NCBI GenBank assembly: GCA_017643395.1
Contig: JAEPNP010000004.1
Span: 169,745 to 233,744 of the forward strand
DNA from: Rhodothermales bacterium
GTDB lineage: Bacteria; Bacteroidota; Rhodothermia; Rhodothermales; UBA10348
DNA length: 64,000 nt
Direction of reading: 5' to 3'
In this document: in pieces, positions 9,878 through 19,078 of the stretch
Position numbering within the stretch: the first letter of the stretch is position 1
Layout of the letters: each line of letters starts with the position of its first letter
Made by a program: the position numbers and the translations under genes
The notes under the pieces: model-generated
Told to the model about the DNA's origin: nothing
The model's database searches: none
What the model saw: only the letters and a program-made list of their open reading frames with translations

Positions 9878-10835
9878 CGGCCGGGCGGGCCACCAGGATG
9901 CCCTGCTGAACTCGCACGCCCTGCACGTAGTCGGCGAGATCCTCTGAGATCTTCACGCCCCCGGACGTGGAGGCGTGAAGTAGACTTACACGCCCGTCTG
10001 GTTGTTTCAGGGCGATGCCGGTGTGCGTCACGTCGAGTCCTTCCAGACCGGCGGCGGTGGATACGATGTCGCCCGTGCGGATGCGATCGTAGTGCTGTCG
10101 AATCTCTTCCTGAGGTATGAAATGCAGGGTGAGCGTCTGGCGCAGGGACGCCTCCGCCTCCTGCACACAGGCGTACACTTGGTCATCTTCCAGGGCCGGA
10201 TACGCCGAGCGGTGGGCCGACATGAAGCCGATCTCCTTCGGGAAGGGCATGCCTCCAACCTCGGCACTGACGTCCTCCACGAGTCCTCGCTCCTCATTGA
10301 CCTGGATCCACTCGGTGAAGTAGTGCAGGCGATCGCAATACGCGTCTGCCTTCCCGTGCCGATAGCGCTGTTCTTCCGTGCGTCTGAGGTAGCCCTCCCA
10401 GGAGAGATCGCCTGACCTCAGCCCCCGAGCCATGGAGAGGAGTGCCTCCACGAACGTAAAGCAGTCGAACGCGTCCAGGCGTGCCACCACGACCTCGTGC
10501 CCAAATCCGTCCAGTGGCCCGACAACGTAGGGGGCTCCGAGAAAACGCGGACCCAGCGCGGCCATGATTTCGGCGATGGGCCTGTCTGGCAGCCCCTGCT
10601 GTACGGCCCACGCCATCAGCTCGTGGAATCGTTGCTCCGTGCTGTCGGTCGGGGCGTGCGCGTGCGACCCCGCAAATCGTGTCCCCGCGGCACCGGACTG
10701 CGCGTCAGTGTCGTGAGTGGGCTCGGTCTGGAGGACGGCAGCCTGGGCAGGCAGGTGTGCCGGAGTTTCGCGGCCGGAGCAGCCAGCGAAAAGGACCAGG
10801 AGTAACAGCAGTCGCAGCATGGGCAACAGACGCAC
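9870..10835 (-). CDS. DUF1460-family lipoprotein (amidase-like)
   Basis: Lipobox LFAGC in the signal peptide. Conserved stretch [12 protein letters not shown]...[14 protein letters not shown]. An alternative ATG start at 10820 is plausible. Confidence 0.65.
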   Translation of the reverse strand: MRLLPMLRLLLLLVLFAGCSGRETPAHLPAQAAVLQTEPTHDTDAQSGAAGTRFAGSHAHAPTDSTEQRFHELMAWAVQQGLPDRPIAEIMAALGPRFLGAPYVVGPLDGFGHEVVVARLDAFDCFTFVEALLSMARGLRSGDLSWEGYLRRTEEQRYRHGKADAYCDRLHYFTEWIQVNEERGLVEDVSAEVGGMPFPKEIGFMSAHRSAYPALEDDQVYACVQEAEASLRQTLTLHFIPQEEIRQHYDRIRTGDIVSTAAGLEGLDVTHTGIALKQPDGRVSLLHASTSGGVKISEDLADYVQGVRVQQGILVARPADG

Positions 10836-10978
10836 GTAGCGGCCATCCGGTTCTGCCAGGTGCGACTTGCAGCACCAGACCGCGGGCTACCGACGGGGAA
10901 GCAACCTCAGGGCGGCCCGACCGTTCTCTGGAGACCGGTTTGCTCCGGTACCACCCACAAGAAATCAATAGTATCGAC

Positions 10979-11590
10979 ATGTCCCATTCGCTTCCTGACC
11001 TTCCGTACGCCCACGATGCCCTGGAGCCGCACGTTGATGCCCGCACCATGGAGATCCACCACGGAAAGCACCATCAGGGCTATGTCAACAAACTGAACGC
11101 CGCGCTGGAGGGCCACGATGCCCTGGCAGGCAAATCCATTGAGGAGCTGCTACGCGGCATCGACAGCGTGCCGGCCGATATTCGTGACGGTGTGCGCAAC
11201 AACGGTGGCGGACACGCCAACCACTCGCTGTTCTGGAGCGTGATGTCTCCGTCCGGTGGCGGCGCTCCGCAAGGCGCCCTGGCCTCGGCAATCGACAGCG
11301 CTTTCGGATCCTTTGACGCGTTCAAGGAGAAGTTCGCCGCGGCAGCAGGCACGCGCTTTGGGAGCGGCTGGGCCTGGCTGGTTGTCACGGGGGACGGCGG
11401 CCTTGACGTCTACTCGACGGCCAATCAGGACAGTCCCTACATGCAGGGCCATACTCCCATCCTCGGGCTGGATGTCTGGGAGCACGCCTACTACCTCAAC
11501 TACCAGAATCGCCGTCCGGACTATGTGTCGGCCTTCTGGAACGTCGTGAATTGGACGGCGGTCTCGTCGAATTTCGACGCCGCGAAGTAG
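10979..11590 (+). CDS. sodA: superoxide dismutase, Mn type
   Basis: [18 protein letters not shown]...[29 protein letters not shown]...[10 protein letters not shown]. The Gln in the NQD motif and the GGHANH motif indicate Mn type. The 100-codon upstream extension in the ORF track is Arg/Gly-rich and unlikely to be real. Confidence 0.93.
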   Translation: MSHSLPDLPYAHDALEPHVDARTMEIHHGKHHQGYVNKLNAALEGHDALAGKSIEELLRGIDSVPADIRDGVRNNGGGHANHSLFWSVMSPSGGGAPQGALASAIDSAFGSFDAFKEKFAAAAGTRFGSGWAWLVVTGDGGLDVYSTANQDSPYMQGHTPILGLDVWEHAYYLNYQNRRPDYVSAFWNVVNWTAVSSNFDAAK

Positions 11591-11610
11591 GTCTCGAGTA
11601 CGAACCTGGC

Positions 11611-11637
11611 GGGGGCGGCCGGACTCCGGTCGCCCCC
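11611..11637 (+). terminator. GC-rich hairpin after sodA (terminator-like)
   Basis: GGGGGCG...CGCCCCC stem with an inner CCGGA/TCCGG pairing, followed by CTCTTTGT. Confidence 0.5.
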
Positions 11638-11644
11638 TCTTTGT

Positions 11645-12301
11645 ATGCGGCTGCCAGATCACATTTCGCTCCTGGAGCTCTCGGCACATTCCGTTTCGGA
11701 TGAGGAGGCCGCCGGCTACCTGACACCGGAGGAGCGCACCCGTCGGATGAGTTTCCGACATGAGGGTCGGAGACGATCGTTTGCACTCGGTCGCATGGCG
11801 GCCCGAACGCTCCTGGCTGAACGGCTTGGGTGTCCGGCCCTGAAGGTTCCGCTTTCCGTGCGCGAGGACGGCTCGCTGGAGGTGGTGGATTCGCCTCTCA
11901 GAGTATCCATTTCGCACAGCGGTGCGCTGGCGGCCGCGACCGTCGCGCCCTGTGCCGTCGGCGTCGATCTGGAGGCCATGAAACGCCGGCCGGAAAGCCT
12001 GTTCAGGTTCATCCTCGGGCCCTCTGAAACGTCACTGCGGGATGCCGTGGAGTTGCCCGCCTGGCAACAGATCGTGCTCTTCTGGTCGTTGAAAGAGTCC
12101 GTACTGAAGGGACAGCGCACGGGGCTCAGAATGTCCCCAAAGGCGCTCCGACTGGAGGTGGATCTCGAGGACTGCGCGGCCGTGATTCACGGCGATCGGC
12201 AGTGGACCAGTCGGTTCGAAATGGATCAGGAGCGCGTGCTTGTGGTGAGCTGGTCACCGGACCAGGCCTACCAGGAGTGCTTCGCTCCAAACGCCCACTG
12301 A
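11645..12301 (+). CDS. 4'-phosphopantetheinyl transferase (Sfp-type)
   Basis: 218 aa with ISISHSG...VGVDLE and WSLKESVLKG motifs. Confidence 0.8.
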   Translation: MRLPDHISLLELSAHSVSDEEAAGYLTPEERTRRMSFRHEGRRRSFALGRMAARTLLAERLGCPALKVPLSVREDGSLEVVDSPLRVSISHSGALAAATVAPCAVGVDLEAMKRRPESLFRFILGPSETSLRDAVELPAWQQIVLFWSLKESVLKGQRTGLRMSPKALRLEVDLEDCAAVIHGDRQWTSRFEMDQERVLVVSWSPDQAYQECFAPNAH

Positions 12302-13629
12302 AAAAACCCGATTGAGCGCCACGCAGCATGCATCTGCCGGTAGCCCAGATTCTCCACGACGGCAGTCAGGCACAGGCGCACCACATCCCTGCCCGGGTAG
12401 ATGCGCAGGGCTATCTCCTCCAGTAGCACCGATGCCACCGACAGGAGCATCGACAGACCCACGGCCAGGATAAGGAAGGCAACCACGGCCTCGTCCGAGA
12501 TCCAGCCCATCGCCCAAGCCATCAGGGTGACGACGTAGCCCAGCGTCTCCAGGATGGCACTGAGCCATTCGAAAACGACCTGTGACGGAAAGGACAGCCA
12601 CCCCAGTGCCCCGTGACGAAAAGTCGTGCCGCGGAACTTGGTCACAACCTCGGAAAGGCCGCGGTGCCAGCGAATCCGCTGCTGCCTGAGCACGGCGACC
12701 GATTCGGGTACCTCGGTCCAGGCCACCGGCGTTGCCACAAAGCCGATGTGGTACTCGGGCTGGTGCTCGCGGGCCCACAGGTGGAGTTTCATGGTCAGGT
12801 CCATGTCTTCTCCGATGGCGTCCAGGCTGTAGGCGCCTACCGCTACGACTGCCTTGCGGTCAAACAGGCCAAACGCCCCTGAGATGATGGTCAGCGCGTT
12901 GAACGGGACCCAACCCATGCGTCCGAACAGGAAGGCGCGCACGTATTCCAGCGTCTGGATCCGGGCCCAGAAGTTCCGGGGCACCCGCGCCTGCCGCACG
13001 TATCCGTCGGGCCCGAGTTCACAGCCGTTCAGGGGCAGGATGGTCCCCCCTACGGCGAGCGTGCCCGGTCTGCGCTGGAATTCGCGCACAGCTCGTTGCA
13101 CGGTATCGCGTTCAAACAAGGTGTCGGCATCGATGATGCAGACCAGGTCGTGGCGGGCGTAGTTGATCCCCGCGTTCACCGCGTCCGCCTTGCTGCCGCC
13201 ATTCTCCTTGTCGACGACGAGGATGTCGAAGGGGACGTCAGCGCGGTAGACGCCCCTTGTGGGCGCACTCGGCACGGCCGACCGCGGAGGCAGGAAGGCC
13301 GGCGTCAGCGACAACTCTGCCTTCAGGACTTCCAGGGTCCGGTCCGTGGATCCGTCGTTGACCACCACGATCTGGAGCGCCGGGTAGTCCTGTTGCAGCA
13401 TCGTGCCCAGGGCTTGCATGATGAGGGCCTCCTCGTTGTAGGCCGGCATCACGATCGATACCGAGGGCGCGTAGGGAGCGGTCACCGGCGGCAGCGGGCG
13501 GAGACCCTTTCGAGGAAGCCGGCTCAGAATCTCGATGAACGCCACCATGACGAGGGCGAAGTACGAAACCTGCATCAGGCCGAAATAGCCCAGAAAGATC
13601 CATTCCAGCGTGCGGGCGACGTCAGCCAT
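12268..13629 (-). CDS. processive family-2 glycosyltransferase (PgaC/NfrB/YaiP-like polysaccharide synthase)
   Basis: N-terminal TM, VSIVMPAYNEE, VVNDGSTDRT, IIDADT, QRIRWHRG (QxxRW) and C-terminal TM helices. The start is set at ATG 13629 (ATGGCTGA overlap with the upstream stop) rather than the track start at 13710. Confidence 0.85.
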   Translation of the reverse strand: MADVARTLEWIFLGYFGLMQVSYFALVMVAFIEILSRLPRKGLRPLPPVTAPYAPSVSIVMPAYNEEALIMQALGTMLQQDYPALQIVVVNDGSTDRTLEVLKAELSLTPAFLPPRSAVPSAPTRGVYRADVPFDILVVDKENGGSKADAVNAGINYARHDLVCIIDADTLFERDTVQRAVREFQRRPGTLAVGGTILPLNGCELGPDGYVRQARVPRNFWARIQTLEYVRAFLFGRMGWVPFNALTIISGAFGLFDRKAVVAVGAYSLDAIGEDMDLTMKLHLWAREHQPEYHIGFVATPVAWTEVPESVAVLRQQRIRWHRGLSEVVTKFRGTTFRHGALGWLSFPSQVVFEWLSAILETLGYVVTLMAWAMGWISDEAVVAFLILAVGLSMLLSVASVLLEEIALRIYPGRDVVRLCLTAVVENLGYRQMHAAWRSIGFFQWAFGAKHSW

Positions 13630-14512
13630 GAGCCTCCTCGTCCAGAGGCCTCCATACAAGGGCCCGTTGCCGGTAGCCTGCCGCCCAGGGGCCCGGGTTG
13701 GCTCCCGCATCCGCCTGGCCCAGCGCCCGCTCGATCAGCTCGATGTGTTCCGACCGCTGCACCCGGTACAGCAACTGGGCGATGTCGTCAAAATCACCTG
13801 CGGTCTGGAGTTCGTGCCGGATGAGTTGGGTGGCCCCCGCATGATGGGACGACTCCAGTGCGGCAACAATCCTGTGTGTGCAATCGAAGGCCGCTGCCTG
13901 GCCGATCAAAACGGATTTTGCCTGCTCACTCAGCGCGGCGACGGACTGCGCCACCGAGTGCTCAGGCCACTCCGGCCGGGCGCAGAGGGCCTGACCGACC
14001 TCCCTGAGGGCCCGTTCCTCGTCGATCCGCAGCAATGCCTGCCAAGCTGCCAGAGACAGAAGGGGATCGCGGGATGACACCAGGACACGCAGCCGGTCGA
14101 AGACCTCGGATCGGCCCAGATGACCTAGCGCCTGAAGACCGGAAACGCGCTCATCCCGACTGCGTCCCCGAAACGCCAGCGCGACGGCAGCGTGTCCCAG
14201 ATCGCAGGCATAGGCGATCTCCCGCAGTCTCGCCAGGCGCTCGGGTCGGCCGCGCTGCGCCTCGGCAGCAAGATTCCACCCACGGACGAGGTGATGCATC
14301 TCATCCGGATGGAGCGACAGAAGGCGTGAACTGACCGGCCCCTTGTCCGACGCCAGGTAGTCCTGCCAGGCATCCACAAAATTCGCTCTCCGCATCGCCC
14401 AGAAGCGACCCCAGATTCGGGCCGCGACCATGAGCGCAACGAGGTAGAGGACCATCGCGCTGGTGGCGATGGCTGCCGCCAGGGCCAGCCGAAGCTCAAG
14501 GACCGGCATCAC
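13622..14512 (-). CDS. membrane-anchored HEAT/ARM-like repeat protein
   Basis: N-terminal TM helix followed by repeated helical units (LGHLGRSEVFDRLRVLVSSRDPLLSLAAWQALL). Translationally coupled on both sides. Confidence 0.5.
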   Translation of the reverse strand: MMPVLELRLALAAAIATSAMVLYLVALMVAARIWGRFWAMRRANFVDAWQDYLASDKGPVSSRLLSLHPDEMHHLVRGWNLAAEAQRGRPERLARLREIAYACDLGHAAVALAFRGRSRDERVSGLQALGHLGRSEVFDRLRVLVSSRDPLLSLAAWQALLRIDEERALREVGQALCARPEWPEHSVAQSVAALSEQAKSVLIGQAAAFDCTHRIVAALESSHHAGATQLIRHELQTAGDFDDIAQLLYRVQRSEHIELIERALGQADAGANPGPWAAGYRQRALVWRPLDEEAHG

Positions 14513-15120
14513 TCGAGTCCCAGCTGAAGGCCGATTCCGACCTCGAGCCGGGTACCGAGCAGCGAATCACCCTGCAAGCCTGCTCTGGGTGAGACGACTG
14601 CCCTCGCCCGGGCAATCGATGCGGATGCTCCGACCGACCACGTGCGAACAACCTGCAGCCGGACCGGCAATTCCACGGCTTCCCTGCCACCGGACACCTG
14701 CCACTGCAGCCAGTGGCTACCGACATAGCGCCGTGCGGACACGACGAGTGCCCCCTGGACCGGTCCGCCTTCTTCCGCTGCGAGCGGGACGGTGGCGCGC
14801 AGGTACCAGCGAGGTAGATATCGACCGATCCCCGGTGTCCAGATGGCAATATGGCCACCCGCAAACGCCATCTGCCTCAAGCTCAAGGACGGCTCCCACT
14901 CGCCTCCGGCATCAAGCCAAACACCCAGCGAGAGATCTCGGCGAGGATGGACCGCGGCATCCGGGGTGAACAGTGCGCGCAGATTCCAGTAGCCCCACGG
15001 CACCGAGAGATATGAATCTGACAGCACACGGACTTCGCGCGAATCGGCGCGCTCGGACAACCAGGCTTCGAGCCTGCTGGAAAAAGGCCCGCCGGAATAG
15101 CCCAGACCGGCCCGCGCCAC
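14509..15120 (-). CDS. putative outer-membrane beta-barrel protein (YaiO-like); start codon unresolved
   Basis: Alternating hydrophobic/polar beta-strand pattern along the whole ORF. A signal-peptide-like sequence is encoded in frame upstream (to about 15240) with no ATG, GTG or TTG. Confidence 0.4.
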   Translation of the reverse strand: MARAGLGYSGGPFSSRLEAWLSERADSREVRVLSDSYLSVPWGYWNLRALFTPDAAVHPRRDLSLGVWLDAGGEWEPSLSLRQMAFAGGHIAIWTPGIGRYLPRWYLRATVPLAAEEGGPVQGALVVSARRYVGSHWLQWQVSGGREAVELPVRLQVVRTWSVGASASIARARAVVSPRAGLQGDSLLGTRLEVGIGLQLGLE

Positions 15121-15227
15121 GCGCCAGGAGGCACGATCCGATTCGAATGTCAGCTGACCAAGTCCGGCACTGACATAGGGCTGCGCGACAGCTGCTGACG
15201 CGCAGACCAGGACGAGAGCGAGGGGGG

Positions 15228-15743
15228 CTAGCTTGACCAGGGCGGCACCACCCCGTTAAAACGGGCGTAGGCTACCGCCTGGCCCACGTGTTCGTTCATG
15301 TGGGCAACCAACTGCATGAGCACGGCCCAGCTCGAAACCGCACGGCCGTACAGCGTCGTTTCCTCGGCCAGCGCCTCTTCGGTCATGGCCGGCACGTGCT
15401 TGCGCACATGCTCCACAGACTGGAGCAGCAGGTCCCGGACGACCTCCTTGTCGGTCTCGGACTCCATGGTGTCCAGGTCAATTCCCTCCGGAGCGGGGAT
15501 GCCAAGGTTTTCTTCCAGATACATGAAGTTGTATCGGGCGATGTGGGCATACACCTCCGCGACGGTCATTGTGCCTTCGGACGGTGCCCATGAGTACAGT
15601 TCGGAAGGCATGGCTTCGCTCAGGCGCACCATCTTGCCCACTGAGCCGTTGAAATGATCCATGATCCGGTCGCGCACATCCGTCTGACCGGAGGCCGGCA
15701 GCGTGAGTCCCACGGCCAGCGCCAGGAGTAGAATTCGCTTCAT
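15228..15743 (-). CDS. secreted DinB-family protein
   Basis: Signal peptide, DinB four-helix His pattern (YAHIARYN...HMNEHVGQ). The C-terminus AYARFNGVVPPWSS is paralogous to the ORF at 30213-30746. Confidence 0.75.
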   Translation of the reverse strand: MKRILLLALAVGLTLPASGQTDVRDRIMDHFNGSVGKMVRLSEAMPSELYSWAPSEGTMTVAEVYAHIARYNFMYLEENLGIPAPEGIDLDTMESETDKEVVRDLLLQSVEHVRKHVPAMTEEALAEETTLYGRAVSSWAVLMQLVAHMNEHVGQAVAYARFNGVVPPWSS

Positions 15744-15819
15744 GGCAGGTATCGCTGGTTTGCACCCAATCTACTGGTCGAACGGCGTAGGTTTCCCGAA
15801 ACAAGACCAGAGACTACTG

Positions 15820-17289
15820 ATGATGAGATGGGTGGCCGTACTGGTTTGCTTCCTCCCCTTCTCGGCGGATGCGCAAACCACCGAGCGCGTGGCTATCGCC
15901 AGTCATGGCTGGCAGATGATAGGAGACCTGGTCCTGCCAGCCGATACTCCCGCTCCGGCCGTGCTCATGCTGAACCAGGCCGCCGGCAATCGCGCCCCCT
16001 ACCGAACACTGGCAGACGGGCTTCTGCTCGAAGGCATCGCTTCGCTCCGGCTCGATCTGCCAGGTCACGGCGAAAGCACAAACCTGGGCACATTCCAGCC
16101 TGGGGCGAACCGTCGGGACTCGCTGATCTGGCAGGCGGATCGTTTTGTGCAGGATGCGGTCGCGTGGCTCGGCGCGCATGGTGCCGTCGACGCAGAACGC
16201 ATCGCCGTGGTCGGTGCGTCATACAGCGGCGAGGAGATGGCGGATGCTGGGCGAAAACACGGGTTTGCGGCGGCCTATGTGGCGTTGTCTCCGGGCTCGT
16301 TCAGCAACGATTCCATTGCCGGGATGGACTCGACCGGGGTGCCGTGGCTGTTCGTCGCCTCCAGGGAGGAGCAATTCCTGCAGGAAATCACGGCCGATGT
16401 GCTGGAGCGGAGCTCGCTGGCTGACGTGCTGCTGCTGCCAGGGCGTGCGCACGCCGCGAACCTCCTCCAGGAGCACCCCCGGCTTGCCGGTGTGGTGGCC
16501 TCCTGGCTCGCTGATTCTCTGGGCCCTCGGTGTGCGTTTCTGCCGTCCCGGCAGCTGGCTCCTTCTCCGGAGCTGGCGGCACTCTTCGCAGAGAGCGATG
16601 TGGACGGCACACTCGTTCTCTATGAGCCCGCAGCAGGCCTCCTGCGGGCCTCGGATCCGGACCGCGCCTGCCGCCGGTACATTCCCGCATCGACATTCAA
16701 GATCCCAAACTCCATCGTCGCACTGGAGTCCGGGGCCGTGCCGGACACGTCGACCGTCATTCCGTGGGATGGAGAGGTCCGCTTCTTTGGTCCGTGGAAT
16801 CAGGACCACTCCATGCACTCCGCGTTCCGGTATTCGACGGTATGGTTCTACCAGGAGTTGGCCCGGCGGGTCGGAGACCCCGCCATGCGCCGCGCCCTGC
16901 GCAGGCTTGACTATGGAAATGCAGACACCGGCGGAGGCATCGACCGGTTCTGGCTCGATGGGGAACTGCGCATTTCCCCCGTGGAGCAGGTGCTGTTTCT
17001 CGAACGTCTTCGCGAGGGCCATCTCGATGCCGATTCGGACGTGCTGGAAACCGTGCGCGGGCTGATGATCGAGCGGGAATCCGCCGATTGGGTGCTCCGG
17101 GCCAAGACCGGCTGGGCGTCCCTCCCGGGCACGGATATCGGTTGGTATGTGGGTTGGGTCGAGCGCGGCGAACGGGTGGTCTACTTCGCGCTCAACGCTG
17201 ATGCAGAAAGTGCCGAGGCCCGAAGCGCCCGCAGAGCCATCGTGTTTGATGCCCTGCGCGCGGAGGGGTTGATAGACGAGCGGAATTGA
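15820..17289 (+). CDS. secreted fusion protein: alpha/beta-hydrolase domain + class D (OXA-type) beta-lactamase domain
   Basis: Signal peptide MMRWVAVLVCFLPFSADAQ. The N-terminal half has the nucleophile elbow VVGASYSG. The C-terminal half carries all class D motifs in order: STFK, YSTV, YGN, FWLDG, KTGW, GWYVGW. The track start at 15703 overlaps DinB and is unlikely. Confidence 0.85.
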   Translation: MMRWVAVLVCFLPFSADAQTTERVAIASHGWQMIGDLVLPADTPAPAVLMLNQAAGNRAPYRTLADGLLLEGIASLRLDLPGHGESTNLGTFQPGANRRDSLIWQADRFVQDAVAWLGAHGAVDAERIAVVGASYSGEEMADAGRKHGFAAAYVALSPGSFSNDSIAGMDSTGVPWLFVASREEQFLQEITADVLERSSLADVLLLPGRAHAANLLQEHPRLAGVVASWLADSLGPRCAFLPSRQLAPSPELAALFAESDVDGTLVLYEPAAGLLRASDPDRACRRYIPASTFKIPNSIVALESGAVPDTSTVIPWDGEVRFFGPWNQDHSMHSAFRYSTVWFYQELARRVGDPAMRRALRRLDYGNADTGGGIDRFWLDGELRISPVEQVLFLERLREGHLDADSDVLETVRGLMIERESADWVLRAKTGWASLPGTDIGWYVGWVERGERVVYFALNADAESAEARSARRAIVFDALRAEGLIDERN

Positions 17290-17361
17290 TCAGGACTGGG
17301 GCCTGGCTGTAGGTTCGCGCATGCCATACACCACTATCTGGGAATAGGGCACTGCCGCCAC

Positions 17362-18957
17362 ATGGAGCCGAGTAGACGGGCATCTCAGCGTGATCAGGGA
17401 GAGGATGGTGCCCTGAGCGTCGCCGTCACCGAAGTCGAGGTCCTTATCGTCGGTGCCGGTGTGTCCGGAATCGGCAGCGCCTGGCACCTGGCCACGCGCT
17501 GTCCGGACCGCTCCTTCCTGATTCTGGAGGGGCGAGACCGCATCGGCGGCACCTGGGATTTGTTCAGGTACCCGGGCATCCGGTCAGACAGCGACATGTA
17601 CACGTTCGGATACCGATTCCGACCGTGGACGGAGGGCAAGGTGTTCGCCGACGGTCCGTCGATCCGTCGCTACGTCGCTGATACGGCCTCGGAGCACGGC
17701 ATACACCGCCGGATCCGGTTTGGGCACACAGTCACCGAGGCCCGATTCGACACCGCCTCCGCCAGATGGACCGTGCGGGCACAAACTGATGCTGGATTAC
17801 GCGTTTTCCGGTGCCGCTTTCTCCTGATGTGCGCCGGCTACTATCGCTATGATCGGGGACATCGGCCCGCGTTCCCCAACGAGCACGCATTCAAGGGCCG
17901 CTTTGTGCACCCGCAGCATTGGCCGGAAGACCTGAACCTGCGCGGAAAACGGGTTCTGGTCATCGGATCCGGAGCGACGGCCGTCACCATCGTGCCGGCC
18001 ATCGCGGATGAGGCGGCGCACGTGACGATGCTGCAGCGGTCGCCCACCTACATCGCTGCCTGGCCCTCCCGCGACAAGTGGGCCGACCGGTTGCACCGAT
18101 TCCTGCCGGCCGGACTGGCTCATCGCCTCATTCGCCGCAAGAATATCCTGGGTGGCATCGGATTCTACCAGTTGTCCCAAAGGCTCCCCGAACGTGTCAA
18201 GCGGAACGTGATGGAGGCGGCGCGTGCGGCTATTGACGACCCGACCGTAGACGTGGATTTTCACTTCTCCCCGAGCTACAAACCGTGGGATCAGCGCTTC
18301 TGTCTCGCCCCGGACGGGGACTTCTTTGCCGCCATTCGAGACGGCAAGGCCAGTATTGCTACAGACCACATCGCCCGATTTACGGCCGACGGAGTTGAGC
18401 TGAAATCAGGTGAGCACATTCCGGCCGATGTCGTGGTGACAGCCACCGGATTGGAGATGCTCCTGTTCGGCGGCATTCCCCTGTATCTCGACGGGAAGAG
18501 GTTGAGGGCGTCGGAGCTTGTCACGTATCGGGGCATGATGCTCGGACACGTGCCCAACTTTGCGGTCGCGTTCGGCTACACGAACGCGTCGTGGACGCTC
18601 AAGGTGGACCTCACCGCGGAACGGGTCTGTCGCCTGCTCAACTACATGCGTCGTCATGGCTACGACCTCTGCGTGCCGACCCCGCCGGCGGATCTGGAAC
18701 GTGCTCCCCTGCTGACATTTTCGTCCGGGTACGTGCAACGGGCGCTGGATGAACTGCCCCGGCAGGGCAGCCGGCCTCCCTGGCGCACGTATCAGAACTA
18801 CGTGCAGGACATGCTCGCCATACGGTATGGGCGGCTTAGGGACGGGCACATGGTGTTCAAGCGTGCGCAGGAACCACCCGGACCAGCGGTTCAGGGCGAC
18901 GGGATGGCGCGCAGCGATGTAGAACTGGCGGCGGCCTCACAGCCCATCGCCCAGTAG
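17362..18957 (+). CDS. flavin-containing (Baeyer-Villiger type) monooxygenase
   Basis: GAGVSGIG FAD motif, BVMO fingerprint FKGRFVHPQHWP, second dinucleotide motif GSGATA. Confidence 0.8.
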   Translation: MEPSRRASQRDQGEDGALSVAVTEVEVLIVGAGVSGIGSAWHLATRCPDRSFLILEGRDRIGGTWDLFRYPGIRSDSDMYTFGYRFRPWTEGKVFADGPSIRRYVADTASEHGIHRRIRFGHTVTEARFDTASARWTVRAQTDAGLRVFRCRFLLMCAGYYRYDRGHRPAFPNEHAFKGRFVHPQHWPEDLNLRGKRVLVIGSGATAVTIVPAIADEAAHVTMLQRSPTYIAAWPSRDKWADRLHRFLPAGLAHRLIRRKNILGGIGFYQLSQRLPERVKRNVMEAARAAIDDPTVDVDFHFSPSYKPWDQRFCLAPDGDFFAAIRDGKASIATDHIARFTADGVELKSGEHIPADVVVTATGLEMLLFGGIPLYLDGKRLRASELVTYRGMMLGHVPNFAVAFGYTNASWTLKVDLTAERVCRLLNYMRRHGYDLCVPTPPADLERAPLLTFSSGYVQRALDELPRQGSRPPWRTYQNYVQDMLAIRYGRLRDGHMVFKRAQEPPGPAVQGDGMARSDVELAAASQPIAQ

Positions 18958-19078
18958 GCGCCGATCGCTCACTCGGGGGGGGGCTGCCAGGACTTGCACG
19001 AGGTGGCGGCTGCTCAGTAGCGTGGGGCAGCCTGACTGCCCGGGCGACTCTCCCCGATGCCGATCACTATCCAGTTGA

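Noticed and set aside
10679-10978. 100-codon N-terminal extension of sodA in the ORF track, and similar extensions at 15703, 19459, 20409, 20749, 30747-31076, 52129-52182 and 57828
   Set aside because: The extensions are Arg/Gly-rich, overlap neighbouring genes, and precede internal ATGs that give canonical N-termini, namely signal peptides or family-typical starts.
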